From assembly GCF_018350175.1 (NCBI RefSeq), contig NC_058368.1, forward strand, positions 71,240,001 through 71,304,000: a stretch of DNA of 64,000 bases, in the 5' to 3' direction. Source of the stretch: Felis catus. Taxonomy: Eukaryota. Below are positions 26,001-39,539 of this stretch, piece by piece; within the stretch, counting starts at the first letter, position 1; every line of letters starts with the position of its first letter. A program made the translations under genes and the position numbers. Below the pieces are notes generated by a model that had not been told where the DNA came from, searched no databases, and saw only the letters and a list, made by a program, of their open reading frames with translations.

Positions 26001-27151
26001 CCATCCAGTAGATTGAAACGTAATCTGTGAATCAGCTCAGGTTTTCTAGGCACTCATTTACTAGGTCTTGAGCTCTAGCTATAGCCAATGCATTGACACT
26101 ACTTGGAACAGCTGCTTTTGCTAATTGCTGCTGCTACTTCTCTGTGGTTACAATGGCAACTGCCAAGTGAGAGTAGCAAAGGAGGTATCTTTAGGAATAT
26201 ACAAAATTGTGTGATTAAGGAACATGGCACCAGTGGACTTATACCTGATGTGTTTATCTGAACTGGCACCTCTCTTCCTTAGGAGAGGCTTTAACTCCAG
26301 TGAATACATCAGACGTAAAGCTGCTGTTGCTGTCTCCAGTCACTTACGTATTCAATATGTTTACAGCAAAGGTCTGTCCAGATACTGGGAATGAGGAGTG
26401 GTCTATCCGATAGAGATTTTGTAGACTTGGGACAAAGCCACCCAGGTGTCCATCATTTTTAAAAAATGATGTCTGTAGTTTTTTGAATAATTGTTCCCCT
26501 GTAGTTAATGTGTTGTTTTTCCTCTTTCTGCTTTCAGGATTTGTTTTCTTTGTCTTTAATTTTCACAGGTTTGATTAGATGTGTTTGATCCATGATTTCT
26601 TTTTGTTACCCTTTTTGGGATTTATTAAGATTCTTGAATCTGTAGTTTTATGTCTTTCACAAACTTGAGGCGTTTTCAGCATTTTTTTCCAAATATTTTC
26701 AAATGTTTTCCTTCTTGTTCTCTGATAACCTGTATATTGTACCTATTGTTATTATTCCATAGTTACCTGAGGTTTTGTTTTTTTAAATTTTTTTTTCTTT
26801 CTGAATAAGATTGTATAGTAGATTTTTGTTGATTTATCTTCAAGTTTATCGACTCTTTCCTTAGCTATTGAGCCCAACCATTAAGTTTTTAAAACTTTCG
26901 GTTGTTATATATTTCATTAAAGTTTCCATGTGTTCTTTTTTTTTATAAATTGTTTCTTATACTTTATAGTTTTTCATTTCTTTCATGCGTGTATACCCTT
27001 CCTTGTTGGAGTATTTTTGTAATCCCTTACAGTCTTTGTCAGATAATTGTCACCAGTTTTGTCATCTTGGCTTTGGTGTCTATTGATTGTCTTTCTCTAT
27101 AAGGGTTGAGATTTACCTGGTTCTTGGTGTGCTAAACAATTTTGGATTGTG

Positions 27152-28116
27152 CAGTGGACCCTTGAACAACATAGGGGTTAGGTGTACCAAACACCTGTAC
27201 ATTCAAAAATGCACATAAAACTTTTGACTTCCCAAAATACAATAGACTACTCTTGACTGGAAGCTTTACCAGTAACAGTCGATTAACTCTCTCTCTCTCT
27301 CTCTCTCACTCTCTCACTGTCTCACTCTCTCACTCACTCACACATACACACACACACACTTATATGTGTATTACATATATATATGTATTATATGTATCTA
27401 TTATATATATGTAATACACATATATATATGTAAAAATATATGTATTTTTAAAACTTTTATTAAAAAAAAGATTTTTATTTTTAATTATTTTCTATACCCA
27501 GTGTGGGGCTCCAACTCCCAACCCTGAGATCAAGAGTTGAATGCTTTACCGACTGAACCAGCCGGGCACCACTTTTTCAACTTTAAGAAACTGTTTCTTT
27601 TCTATCAACTTTATTTCCATATTGTTTGGTTTTATGGAAGAGCATCTTAAGACCGCTCAGTGGTTGTTCCTATCCATTTAGTGGCCTGAATAGTGGGAGC
27701 TGTAGACCAGTCTTCAGTGACAGGCTGAGCTTTCTTTTGTAGGGAACTGCTGAATAGACATAGAGCCTCTGTAGGTCTTTAGACCGGAAGTCTGTGACTT
27801 CAGGTTGAATTATCAGTGACCCAGGAGCTAGAGGAGTCCATGCACCCTGAAATTCCTCTGTGGTCACAGCTTTTTCCAGCAGCAGCCTGCTCTTCCTTTT
27901 CAACCTCCTGAGGATCTCTGTAGAAGTAGAGATCAGTCATGACCTCCCAGATTAACACATATTTTGTATCTTATAAGTGTTATATGCTATATTCTTAAAA
28001 TGAGCTAGAGAAAAGAAAATGACAAGGAAGAGAAAATACATTTACAGTACTGTAAAAAAGTCTATGTATAAGTGGACCTGTGCAGTTCAAACCTGGGTTG
28101 TTCAAGGATCCAACTG
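27152..28116. mobile_element. Tigger2a-type (TcMar) MITE split by the RPSA retrocopy, a SINE and microsatellites
   Basis: TIRs cagtggacccttgaacaac and gttgttcaaggatccaactg, followed by TA. The internal sequence breaks at gattaac (27281) and resumes at gattaac (27950). Confidence 0.85.
27571..27949 (-). pseudogene. RPSA: 5'-truncated processed pseudogene of RPSA (C-terminus and 3'UTR)
   Basis: Minus strand reads [24 protein letters not shown], then [14 protein letters not shown]...QPEV, then [24 protein letters not shown] at 27649-27647 followed by a short 3'UTR. Intronless and frameshifted. Confidence 0.92.
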
Positions 28117-28574
28117 TATTTTGGATATTTTATGTATTATGAGATTGAATCTTAAAATCTTTGGAGAATCTTATTTTTGTTTTAGCGGCACTCAACATGG
28201 TTGACTTCAGAATGAATGTTCTCATCTTTTTTCTGTGCTCCGTAGGCCTTTGTAATGCTGTTTGTGTGTGTCACAGGTGTATTACCATCTGGTCAGTCTG
28301 AGAAGTGTTTTCTCTCTGTTCAGTGTTTAAATTTTTTTGGTGTGCTTAATAGGGTCATATCTACATATGCCCAGCCTAGGGATGGACCTAGAAGTTGATA
28401 AACAATTTTATTGGGTCGCTTCTCTATGCTAGCTTTTCAACTTTGTTATCTGTGCTTTCTTGTTCCTGAGGCCTTCCCTTTTCATTCCTCTTGTTGAGAA
28501 AGCTGGGATTTTGGTGACCTTGCATTGCTGCAGACTTCCATGTGTGTGGCCAGCCACTGAGAGTGCAGGGGGAG

Positions 28575-29476
28575 ACTAAGGAAAACTGTTACTTTACTCA
28601 CAGTACTTCTGACGCTATATGTGTGGGGTTTTTCCCTCCTACCAAAACCCAGTTCTTCAAGTCTGGAGACCAGAGGGATGTCCTACAATTTAATTCAGTT
28701 CTACCTGGAGTTAGCTCAGATTCCATGGTTAAGTCCTGTGGGACTTGCCCCCACTTCAGATGCTGGTCTCAAGTCCTGGGTTATCAGTTGTCCTTTTTAC
28801 CAAGTGGCTATATAAATCAGGGGTTTCCATGACCCTGTCTTCAGGTTTGAATATCTGCTATAATGACTCAGAGTTCAGGCAAACACTTTATTTAACATTT
28901 ACTAGCTTATCACAAATGATATCATGAAAGATACAAACGGGTATGTAGGTGAAGAGGTACATAGTGCAAGGTCTGGAAGCGTCTTGAGCACAGGAGCTTC
29001 TGTTCATGGAATTAGGCTGTGCCACCTTTTCTAGCTTTGGGTGGGTTCACAAACTCAGAATCTCTCTGAATCCCATTGGTTAAGGGTTTTATGGAGGTTC
29101 CATTATGTAGGCATGATTGATCAAATTGTTGGCTATTTCTGATTAACTCGATCCCTAGTCCCTCTCTCCTCCCCTGGGGTTGGGGGATGGGGTTGAAAAT
29201 TCCATCCCTCTGATTGTTAATCTGGTGACCAGCCCCCATCCTGGAGCTATCTCACCCCCCCCCCCCAGTCGTCTTATTAGCATACAAAAAGACACTCTTA
29301 TCACTCCGGAGATTCCAAGGATCTTAGAAGCTCTTGTGTCAGGAACTGGGGTCAAAGACCAAATATTAGAACAAAAGATGCTCTTAGCACCCCTATTTAT
29401 CAGGAAATAACAAGAGTTTTAGAAGTTCTGTGTCAGGAACTGGGGGCAGAGACCAAATATCTATTTCTTATGTCAA
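28575..29476 (-). mobile_element. MER21-family LTR
   Basis: Twice-repeated tgtgtcaggaactgggg..agaccaaatat near the terminus and cttgcccccacttcagatgc. Left boundary approximate. Confidence 0.8.
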
Positions 29477-29623
29477 AAGAAAAAAAGCAGTGGGGATTTA
29501 CCCATCCTCATGGGACTGCAGTTTCATTGATGGGAGAAGAATGTTCCTTCTCTGTTTTGGCTCCTGCAGGCTCCCATTTTGCCACTCCTGTTGAAGCCAT
29601 AACATTTCTTGGTGGCTGGGACA

Positions 29624-29656
<33 letters not shown>

Positions 29657-32600
29657 CAAGTTTTAAACAAAAAACCCTGGGGCATTTCTGTAGCGTTCTA
29701 ATCTTAGGAGCTCCCTTTTCTGTTTTTTGAGTCAGAAGTACAGGGCTTCTTCTGGAGCTCTCTGTTGGCACCCCAGTGCCTACTTCAGGCATCACATTTT
29801 GTTGATCAGGCAGGGGGATCTTGGAGGAAAAGAAAATGGGAAAACCCAGCACTGATTTGTGGTAGTTTGAATTTTGTTCTTCCTTGATCTGTCTGCTACT
29901 ATTTACTTGTCAGGGTTCACATATAGTTGATTCATATATGCAGACTTCTGAGCTGCATTCAGTGGGAGAGACAGAATGGACTATGTTTACTCCATTTAAT
30001 CGGTAATTAGAATGGCCAGTGGCATTTCTTAGAAGTCTCCTAAAAACAAATGTGGGAAAGAATTCAGTGTAGCTGAATAGGTGTTTGTGTCCAATATTAT
30101 TATGCTGTATATCCCAGATTATGGGAAAAGTATGGTTAGATAACGTTAGAGGAAAAGGGAAGAGGTTTTCGTTGTTAACAGCACTGCCTGTTAAGCTTTG
30201 TCTGAGGTTTGTGGGAGAGAAAGGAGTACGTCTATAGCTAACTGCTGGGAACGTTCCAGCTGCAGCAACTTATAGTAGGCTGCTGTTTGTGATGGAGTAG
30301 AACATTTCCTTTTTGTAGGAGATCAACAGTGAGAGCCATCAACTTCCTCCTTAAAGCCTGAACCCTTGACTATGACATTAAAGATTGCTTTCAAGGAGGT
30401 TTCCCTTCTAGTCTTTCTCTTCCCCCCTCCTCTCCCGTAAGTACCTCCTTATATACCTTGCTTTCAAGCCATTTTGGGGATGTCTGGATAGGCTGGGGCC
30501 TTTCACATTTCCACGACTTGGAGCGCAGAACTTGTCCATTAGTCGTTCTCTTCACTTTTTTTCCATTTATTAGAAGTTCACTCTTTCACTTAAAGAAAGG
30601 ATTCTTCATGAAATCATTTTCTGTATTAGCAATATGTACGTGCTCTGGTTAATTATTTTTTTTTAGTGTTTATTTTTGAGAGAGAGAGGGAGAGAGAGAC
30701 AGAGTGTGAGTGGAGGAGGGGCAGGGAGAGAGGGAGACACAGAAGTGAAGCAGGCTCCAGGCTATGAGCCATCAGCAAAGAGCCGGAGTCCGGGCTAGAA
30801 CTCAGAGACCTCAAGATCATGACCTGAGCTGAAGTTGGATGCTTACCTGACTGAGCCACCCAGGCTCCCCTGATTAATTACTTCTGATTGTGTAGAAGTC
30901 TCTTTTGTGCTAGACAGAACTCCTGGAAGGAAGGGGACTGATGTCCCATCTCCTTATACCCTGTCGTAGCAGAGTACCGATGAGAAATGTTGAGTGAGTC
31001 AGGGAAGGGAGAGGGGATGCGTTCAGGGTCTATTTAATGGTAAAAAGATATGGTGAGTGGAGCATAAAATAGTTGAATTACAAGAGAGACTGAAAAGCAG
31101 AGACCAGTACTGTATAAGTGGAATTATGAGCTTATGTTTTTGGGGAAAATATTTTGTTACTTTGAGTTCTGGAAACAATAGTCCTTTTCCTTGTCTTTTT
31201 ATTACATATGGTTTTTCTTTTGGAGGGGTGGCCCTTTCTCTTGTTCTTTCTGTCCATAGAGCCAGCTGCCACAGATTTTTCTACCTTGTGTTGTCCAGAT
31301 GTTCACCTTAATTTGAATATGTTTATTTATTCTTTCATACAAAAGAGGCATGTGGACAGCTGCACAAGGTATTCTTTCCTAAACCAGCCAGACATTTGGA
31401 TTGGAAAAAAGTAGGATTTTGAAATGAAAGACCAGTAGCTTGTGCCTGTTAAACCATTGATCTTTCCCTTGCCCATTGCTGCTGCCAGGTCGGGTACCAC
31501 TTTACTTCCATCTCTCTAATGGATCCTGTCACAAATCTGTTTCCAAAATTAAAGAACTAATTCATCCTGAAATCTGAGATGCAGTACGCCTTTCTATGGA
31601 CTAGAGTCTATACCCTGGGACTTTGGTTGCATTTGGGAAGCTTACTGAAGTTATTAAGCACACTTGGGCTTTTGTGTGGTGACATTCAGCCGTGACCTCG
31701 CAGAGTGGACTGTGCAACCTGTGAGAGGCAGTACCGTGGGAGGTGGGTCATGCTTTAGCCTAGCAGGTAGCTTGATCTCCTCTGACACACTTATGTGTTC
31801 TTCCTCCTTTTTCACTTGTAGTCTCTATCTTCTCTGGTGCTTCAATTCCAAGGAAGGTGGAAGATGGGAGCCCCAGATTTGCCTCAGTCCTGATTCCTGG
31901 GCTCTTTATCTGATTGTGTTTCTTGTGGTCTCCAGACTAAATCCCCAAAGAGGGACTTCTCAGCTTTTATTCCATTCCTGGTAGCGAGGCCCAGTCACAG
32001 AGCCACAGGTAGATTCCGTGAATAGCAAAAATTGCTTTAGTTCTAACAAATTATTGAGGTTAATTACTAGGCTTAGAGCTCATTCAGAGTACCCATCCTA
32101 TCCTATGGAGAAGAATTTTCTTGTTTGGGAGATGGAGAGAAAAAAAGATTATTTATTTTTAGAGAGAGAATAAAAACATTTCCCAGATGTTTTTGATGGT
32201 TTCACGTATCCTCTCTGCTCACTGAGAATGAGTGTGTTGACAAAAACTTTTTGAGCTGCTTAGCTGCTTTTGATGATTGCTGCTTCAAGTAAGGGAGCTA
32301 ACTGTAGAATGCCAAGAATTTTATGGCGAGGACCATTTACGTGGTCGATTTTTTGTTATTGTTAATAATCATCTGAAGCTCTTGGTGAGAAAGCAAGCAG
32401 TCACAGGCTATATAGAAGTCAAGGGCTTTCATATCCTTTGTGAACCCAGCAGCAGTTTTGGACGATTTAGGGAATGGAATCTGAGGTTGGAAAGCCAGCT
32501 TTTGGAGCTCCTAGGAATGCCTTTTTATCTGGTAGAGGGGCTGCTCTGGAAAAGACACTTACCATCGAGCTGCACCAAGGGAGAAACGGTAACATGTGTT

Positions 32601-33411
32601 ACCTAAAGCTAGGTTGCATTTGTGGCTGTGGTAATTTAGGAACTACATGATGATTTTCATATACCTATTTGAATGCCCGATCAGATTGGCAGTAAGGGTT
32701 TGTTGATATTTTTCATGGCCATCTTAAAAAGTTTTAGCTGTTTCATTTAGAGAATAATATTCACAATTTTTGCTTTTTAGCTTAAAATAAAAATACACAT
32801 GCTCTATTTCCTGTGGTAAGAAATACAAAATTTTAAAGAGTCCTGACCTCTAATTTAGGCTGGTGGGATAAATCAGACTTCATCTTCCTGTCCCAAATTC
32901 CCAGGAAAGAGAAACACTTAAAAAAAAAGCTGAAAGAAAAATAACCAGAATTTTGGCGCAAAATGGTGGGAAGTATGGTCCTGAAATGATGAGGAATTTC
33001 TGTAAGATAGATGGTGGATGTGTTCATTTGATAGGACACCCCGGTCTAACACGGGAGAAAATGGCTCCAAAAGGTGGACCAGCTTCCGAGGAGAAAGGTC
33101 CAGAGTAGGAAGGAGGACCTGGGACAATTGACAGGAGGTCTGGCTTGGAAATCTCGTGGTCATCCAGCTGGGTGATTCCTCCATGCTCAGTTTCTATCTG
33201 GGGAGTGGTTGGTAAACTGGTAGCACCGTATCTTGGAATTCTTTAGGAGTTAAGAAAGAATAAAGTAGATGTCTGCCTATGGACAGAACATCTATCTCTA
33301 AGACACATTAGAGATTGAAAAAGAACTTAGAAAAGGGCACTGGAATAATACTGTTGATGATAAAACATTTTATAGTTTTATAGTTAGATACATTACATAA
33401 AAAGCATAGAC

Positions 33412-33823
33412 CAGGGGTGCTCAGCAGTGTCACTTTCGACATTTTGGCTGTCATGTGTTGTAGGGTATTTTGAATCCTTGGCCTTTACCCCCTAGACACC
33501 AGTAGCATCCTTCCATCCCACGGTTTTTTGTTGTTGTGTTGTTTGTTTGTTTTCATTTTTTTTTTTTTAGTTGATTTATTTTGAGAGAGCAGGGGAGGGG
33601 CAGAGAGAGACAGAGAGGGAGAGAATCCCAATCTGTCAGTGCAGAGCCTGATGCAGGGCTTGAACCCACGAACTGTGAGATCATGACCTGAGCCAAAACC
33701 GAGAGTCGGACACTCAACCAACTGAGCCACCTAGGCGCCCTCCTCCAACCCACAGTTTTGACAAGACTGCCTCTAGACATTGCCGACTGTGTCTTGCAAG
33801 ACAAAATTGTTTCATTTCCCCTG
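33412..33823. mobile_element. MER20-like hAT element with nested SINE (about 33520-33740)
   Basis: Termini cagggg...cccctg with a perfect 8-bp TSD gcatagac at 33404-33411 and 33824-33831. Confidence 0.8.
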
Positions 33824-34841
33824 GCATAGACAAAGGTCTAAGAATACATACTCACCTGAGAAGTGACTTTTGGAGAGAAAACATTATAATGGGGACAGAG
33901 GTATGGTTAGTGGAGTGGTTAGCTTTATTTTGAAAAAGAATAACATTTAAGGATTATGTGTAATTAAAAAAAATAATGGGATGCCTGGGTGGCTAAGTGT
34001 TCTCTCAATTTTGGCTCAGGTCATGATCTCACAGTTGGTGAGATGGAGCCCCACTTCAGGTCTGTGCTGACAGTGGAGTCTGCTTGGGATTCTCTTTCTC
34101 CCCTTCTCTCCCTCTCCCCCTCTCAAAATAAATGAACTTAAAAATGTTTAAAAAGAAACCAAAACATACTTTTTCTTCTTTACAGGATCTCTCTCCTATT
34201 AAATTTAAAAATGGTTAATGGTCAAAAGGAGAAATACAGATAGCTCATGAGTGTGGAAAATATACCAAAAGTCATTGATAATTAGGGAATGCAGACTTAA
34301 AAAATTGAAGAATCATTATTTTTCTCCACTAGTTAATTAAAATCAGAAAGATCAGTTATTTAGTGGTGGTACAGGGAAATTCATCTCCAGTAGACATGTT
34401 AATTGATGTAAGCTTTTAAGTGTGTAGTTTGTAGCATTTAAACTTTCAAATATTTTGCTTACAGAAATACATACATACATGGCTACAGATTGGCTTGTTA
34501 AGGGAAAGCCTATTGCAGTTTATAATCCCTGCAAATTGGTAACAGTATCCATTATTGGAAGAATGGTTAGATAAATTGTGGTTTACCCAGGGTCCTAGGA
34601 CATCTGCAACAGTTAAGCTAGTTGCAAGAATAACCTATAGTGTGATACAATTTATGGGAGGCAAATATTAAGCACACGATAAAACCATGCATTTTCATGC
34701 CTATATGTGCATGTGAACATGTTTAGGTAAGACTAGAAGGACACACGTAAAACTGTTGGCAATTGCTTTTAAGGTAGGAAGTGGGAGTCCTTTAAGGCGG
34801 TGGGGAGCAGTGGTTATCTTTATTGCTTGAACTCTGTTTTC

Positions 34842-35086
34842 TTTTCTTTTTTATTTTTTTTTATTTTTTTTATTTTTTTGTTCAACAATTATTTTATTTT
34901 TGGGACAGAGAGAGACAGAGCATGAATGGGGGAGGGGCAGAGAGAGAGGGAGACACAGAATCGGAAACAGGCTCCAGGCTCCGAGCCATCAGCCCAGAGC
35001 CCGACGCGGGGCTTGAACTCACGGACCGCGAGATCGTGACCTGGCTGAAGTCGGACGCTTAACCGACTGCGCCACCCAGGCGCCCC
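34842..35086 (-). mobile_element. Young felid SINE (SINEC_Fc type)
   Basis: Near-identical to the other young copies. TSD not clear. Confidence 0.9.
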
Positions 35087-35151
35087 GATGTTTTCAAAAT
35101 CATAGTAGTTAGAGGGCCTGGGTGGCTCAGTCAGTTAAACCTCCAATTCTT

Positions 35152-35379
35152 TTTTTTTTTTTTAATTTTTTTTCAACGTTTTTTATTTATTTTTGGGACA
35201 GAGAGAAACAGAGCATGAACGGGGGAGGGGCAGAGAGAGAGGGAGACACAGCATCGGAAACAGACTCCAGGCTCCGAGCCATCAGCCCAGAGCCTGACGC
35301 GGGGCTCGAACTCACGGACCGTGAGATCGTGACCTGGCTGAAGTTGGACGCTTAACCGACTGCGCCACCCAGGCGCCCC
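35152..35379 (-). mobile_element. Young felid SINE nested in an older sense SINE (35113-35565)
   Basis: 16-bp TSD taaacctccaattctt at 35136-35151 and 35380-35395. Confidence 0.92.
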
Positions 35380-35785
35380 TAAACCTCCAATTCTTGATTT
35401 CAGCTCAGATCATGTTCTCTGTGTTCATGATATCAAGCCCCGTGTTAGACTGTGCACTGACAGTGTTGAACCTACTTGGGATTCTCTCCCTCCCTCTCCC
35501 CCCTCTCCTGCTTGTGCTCTGTCTCTCTCAAAATAAAGAAATAAACATTAAAAAAAATAAAAATAGTGTATATTCATACATTCCTTGGGTGATTAAAAGA
35601 AAACAAACATTTGGGATGCCTGGGTGGCTCAGTCAGTTGAGTGTTTGACTTTAGCTCAGGTCATAATCTCATGGTTTGTGGGTTCAGGCCCTGCGTTGAG
35701 TCCTGTGCTGACAGTTCAGAGCCTGGAGCCTGCTTCAGATTTTTTGCTCCTTTTCTCTTGGCCCCTTCATCCCTCCCTCCCTCCC

Positions 35786-35849
<64 letters not shown>

Positions 35850-36421
35850 AAAAATAAACATTAAAAAAATAAAATCCCCAAATTTAGGAACCTCTAGATG
35901 GTTCATTTTTTATGCATAGTGTCATCAATTTGTGGCACATATTGAGCAATGGTAAGTGATGGCTCCAGTAGTTTTTTGAGATCTCATGACTTTGTTGGCT
36001 ATCTGTATTTTAAATTATTAGAATTGACATGTAGCTATTCATATGCTTTGGAAGTACTTTTTAAAAACACCCTAATTACAATTGGAAGTAACTCCTTAAT
36101 CGTATCTCTCAAATTTCACTCTGCCATTGTTTCAGAAATTTGTATTCAGAACTATGATATATGTAGGTTTGTCTTCATCATTAGAGTCCTGAATGCATGT
36201 GGGATAGCTTTTGTTTAGCAAGTAGAAAATGATTACAGTCTGGAGCTGAGCCCATACTCTTATTATTAATATTTTTCTTAACTCTTCCTTTGTTTTCCTC
36301 CCTTGGTGCAGTTTTTCTTAGGTGATAATATTTACATTTTCTATATAGCTAAGCTCTACAAATGTATTCTTTCATCATTGCTGGTCAGTGATAGGCTGCA
36401 AATTGTGATTGAATCTTTATT

Positions 36422-36448
36422 GTGTGTGTGTGTGTGTGTGTATATATA

Positions 36449-36500
<52 letters not shown>
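36422..36500. repeat. Interrupted (GT)n microsatellite
   Basis: Seen directly. Confidence 0.95.
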
Positions 36501-36503
<3 letters not shown>

Positions 36504-37080
36504 TATATTCAGGTAATCTCTACACCCAGTATGGGGCTTAAACCCACAACCCTGAGATCAAGAGCCACATGCTCCACTGACTGAGTCAGCCAGGTGGCTC
36601 TGTGTAGTTTGTTTTTGTTTTTGTTTTTGTTTTTAATTGTAATATATATATATAGAATGTACAATTTAACACTTTATTAACTTTTAATTGTATAATTCAG
36701 TACATTCACAGTGTTGTGCCACCATCACAACCATCTGTTTCCAGAACTTTGTGATTGAATCTGTAGATTTTATAAGATCTCTTTCTGGGTTGTCTTTTGT
36801 CTTTATGGCCATATGTTTGGCTACTGATAGTGGTTTTGTTCCCATCTTGGGGACTTCTAGTTAGGTTTGTGAGGTACACATGCACATATCTGTTAGCTGT
36901 TTCTCTGTGGTGGGATCTCTTTGAAAAGTAGTATTAGTCTGCAATCAGAGAGTTGTTGTACATTGTGTGTGTACCGAGCTTTCCCAAATAGTTACAGGGA
37001 GAATAAAGTAAAATATCCTTGTGTGCCCAACCATTACATTTAAACTGACATGAAAGACTAGTCTCCTGTTTTTCTTTCTT

Positions 37081-37241
37081 TCTTTTTTTTTTTAAATATG
37101 AAATTTATTGTCAAATCGGTTTCCATACAACACCCAGTGCTCATCCCCACAGGTGCCCTCCTCAATACCCATCACCCACCCTCCTTCCCTCCCACCCCCC
37201 ATCAACCCTCAGTTTGTTCTCAGTTTTTAAGAGTCTCTTAT
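37081..37241 (-). mobile_element. Short 5'-truncated young felid L1 (L1_Fc-like) 3' end
   Basis: Poly(T) followed by atgaaatttattgtcaaatcggtttccatacaacacccagtgctcatcccc. Confidence 0.8.
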
Positions 37242-37919
37242 GTTTTATTTCTTTTTTTAAAAAACACATTTAAGTTTATTTATTTATTTTGAGAGAGACA
37301 GAGACAGTGGGAGAGGGGCAGAGTGAGAGAGGGAGAGAGATAATCCCAAGCAAGGTCCATGCTCTCAGTGCACAGCCCAATGCGGGGCTCGAACTCAAGA
37401 AACTGGGAGATCATGACTTGAGCCAAAACCAAGACTTGGTTGCTTTAACCAACTGAGCAACCCAGGTGCCTCACCTGTTTTTCTTTCTTGTTTTGCATTT
37501 GTTGTTCAACCCAGAGAAGGCTGGCTTCTATTTGCTATTCTAGTAAGTTGGTCCCCACAATTGCCAGACATGTAATTTGTTAGATCCAGTAGCTACTACT
37601 CTGAATCCCCATCTTAGTCACTGTGTCTGTGGCATGCAGCCCTGATGACTGTCCCTGTGTTTCCATGGCTTTCTTCTCCCTTTACATCCTCTGGCCTCTC
37701 AGGGCTCTGTGCATCTGATGCCCTCCACCCGCTGCTGGAGTGCCTCCTCGAGTGCCTTCTGTCTCCAGAGTCGTCTTTGTCAGGTTAATTCTAACTTTCT
37801 CTTCATTGGCTGCAGTTATTAATCAAACATTTATAGTCTAGGTCACTGCGCTATGGGCCAGAAGTTTCTCGCACAGCAGAGCTCACAGCATAGTGGATTA
37901 AAAAAATGAACATGAAACT

Positions 37920-39130
37920 TCCCAATTTTTATGTAACAGCATTATTGAGGTACAATTTGCATATCATAAAATTTACCATTTTTAAGTGTACAGTTTAAAG
38001 AGTTACAGTAAATTAAAAATTTTTTTAATGTTTATTTTTGAGAGAAAGAGAGAGACAGACACAGTGTGAGTGGGGGAGGTGCAGAGAGAGAGGGAGACAC
38101 AGAATCCGAAGCAGGCTCCAGGCTCTGAGCCATCAGCCCAGAGCCGACGCGGGGCTCGAACTCACGGACTGTGAGATCGTGACCTGAGCTGAAGTCGGAG
38201 GCTCAACCGACTGAGCCACCCAGGGACCCCCCCCCCAAATTTTTTTAATGTTTATTTTTGAGAGAGACACTGCATGAGTAGGGGAGGGACAGAGAGAAAG
38301 GGAGACACAGAATTTAAAGCAGGCTCTAGGCTCTCAGCTGTCACACGGAGCCTGAAGCAGGGCTTGAACTTATGGACCGTGAGATCATGACCCGAGCTGA
38401 AGTCTGATGCTTAACTGACTGAGCCACCCAGGCGCCCCACCACTGTCCAGTTTTTAGCATGTTGCCATCACCCAAATGGATCCCTCATGTCCATTTATAG
38501 TCCTTCCTTGTTCCACTTCCATCGAGGTAGCCACTCATCTGCTTTCTGTCTATAGTTTTGCATTCTCTAGAAACTTCAACTAAATGGAATTTTATAATTG
38601 TTGGGGGTTTTTTTGTGTCTGTGTGCTTTTCACTTAGCATAGTGCTTTTAAGATTCATTTGTGGTTGCATTGATCAGTTCCTCCTCCCTCTGCCTTTGGC
38701 TGAGTACTGTTCTATTGTATGAATATAACACATTTTATTCATTTACCAGTTGCTGTGCATTTGGATTGCTTCCAATTTTTAATTACTATGAATAATGCTG
38801 TTATGAACATGTGTATACATGTCTGTATGAACATGTATTATCATTTCTCTTGTGTATATACTTAGGATTGGAATTGCTGGACCATTTGGTGACTATACTT
38901 ACACTTTAGGTATTGCCAGACTGTTTTCCAAAGCAGCTGCACCAGTTTACATTCCCACTAGTAGCGTATGAGGGTTCAAATTACTTCTCTTTCTTGCCAG
39001 AGCTTGATATTATCTTTTTCATTATAGTCATTCTGGTCAGTGAGAATTGGTATTGCATTGTGAATAATGGTGTCTTGAGAAGAGCAAAAGTTTTAAATTT
39101 TGATGAATTCCAGTTTCTCAAATTTCTTCT
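37920..39130 (-). mobile_element. Old L1M 3' end interrupted by two tandem SINEs (about 38020-38438)
   Basis: Motifs attattgaggtacaatttgcatatcataaaatttaccatttttaagtgtacagtt and ttgccagactgttttccaaagcagctgcaccagttt. Confidence 0.75.
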
Positions 39131-39139
39131 TTTTTGGAT

Positions 39140-39512
39140 CAATTGCAGGACACTGACATCTATGGAGCATATCACTTGAGCTTCCTTGTGCTTTGTCTCT
39201 GTTCAGCTATTTAAGATATCAAGCAGATCCCTTTATCCCCCTCCACATCCTTGCCTTGTCTGTGTTTGGACAGTACTCGCATTCTTTTAGGGTCGTAGTG
39301 ACTGTTGAGCCCTCTTCCCCAGCTCTGCTTATGTTCTTCCTGCTCTGGGCCCCTTCAGGACTGGGGTGATCATGGTTTCCCACTCTCGCTAGTCCCTGGA
39401 AACCTCACCATCCTCGGGTGGTTTTTCTAACCCTATTCACACATCTGTGTTATTTTCAGGTAAACATGTTTGATGGTGTCCCTTTATTCCTAGAGAATCC
39501 TGACTGAACTAA
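39140..39512 (+). mobile_element. LTR33-like ancient ERVL LTR fragment
   Basis: gcccttcaggactggggtgat..gctagtccctgg..caccatcc..cctgactga pattern. Confidence 0.5.
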
Positions 39513-39539
39513 TGTAGACTGAAAAGCCTTTCTGAGAGA

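Noticed and set aside
29326..29460. Direct repeat of about 40 bp resembling a repeat-spacer array
   Set aside because: Only two copies, and it is an internal feature of MER21-family LTRs. Not CRISPR.
32984..33060. ATGATGA as a possible C/D snoRNA box C
   Set aside because: No box D (CTGA) with a terminal stem at a suitable distance.
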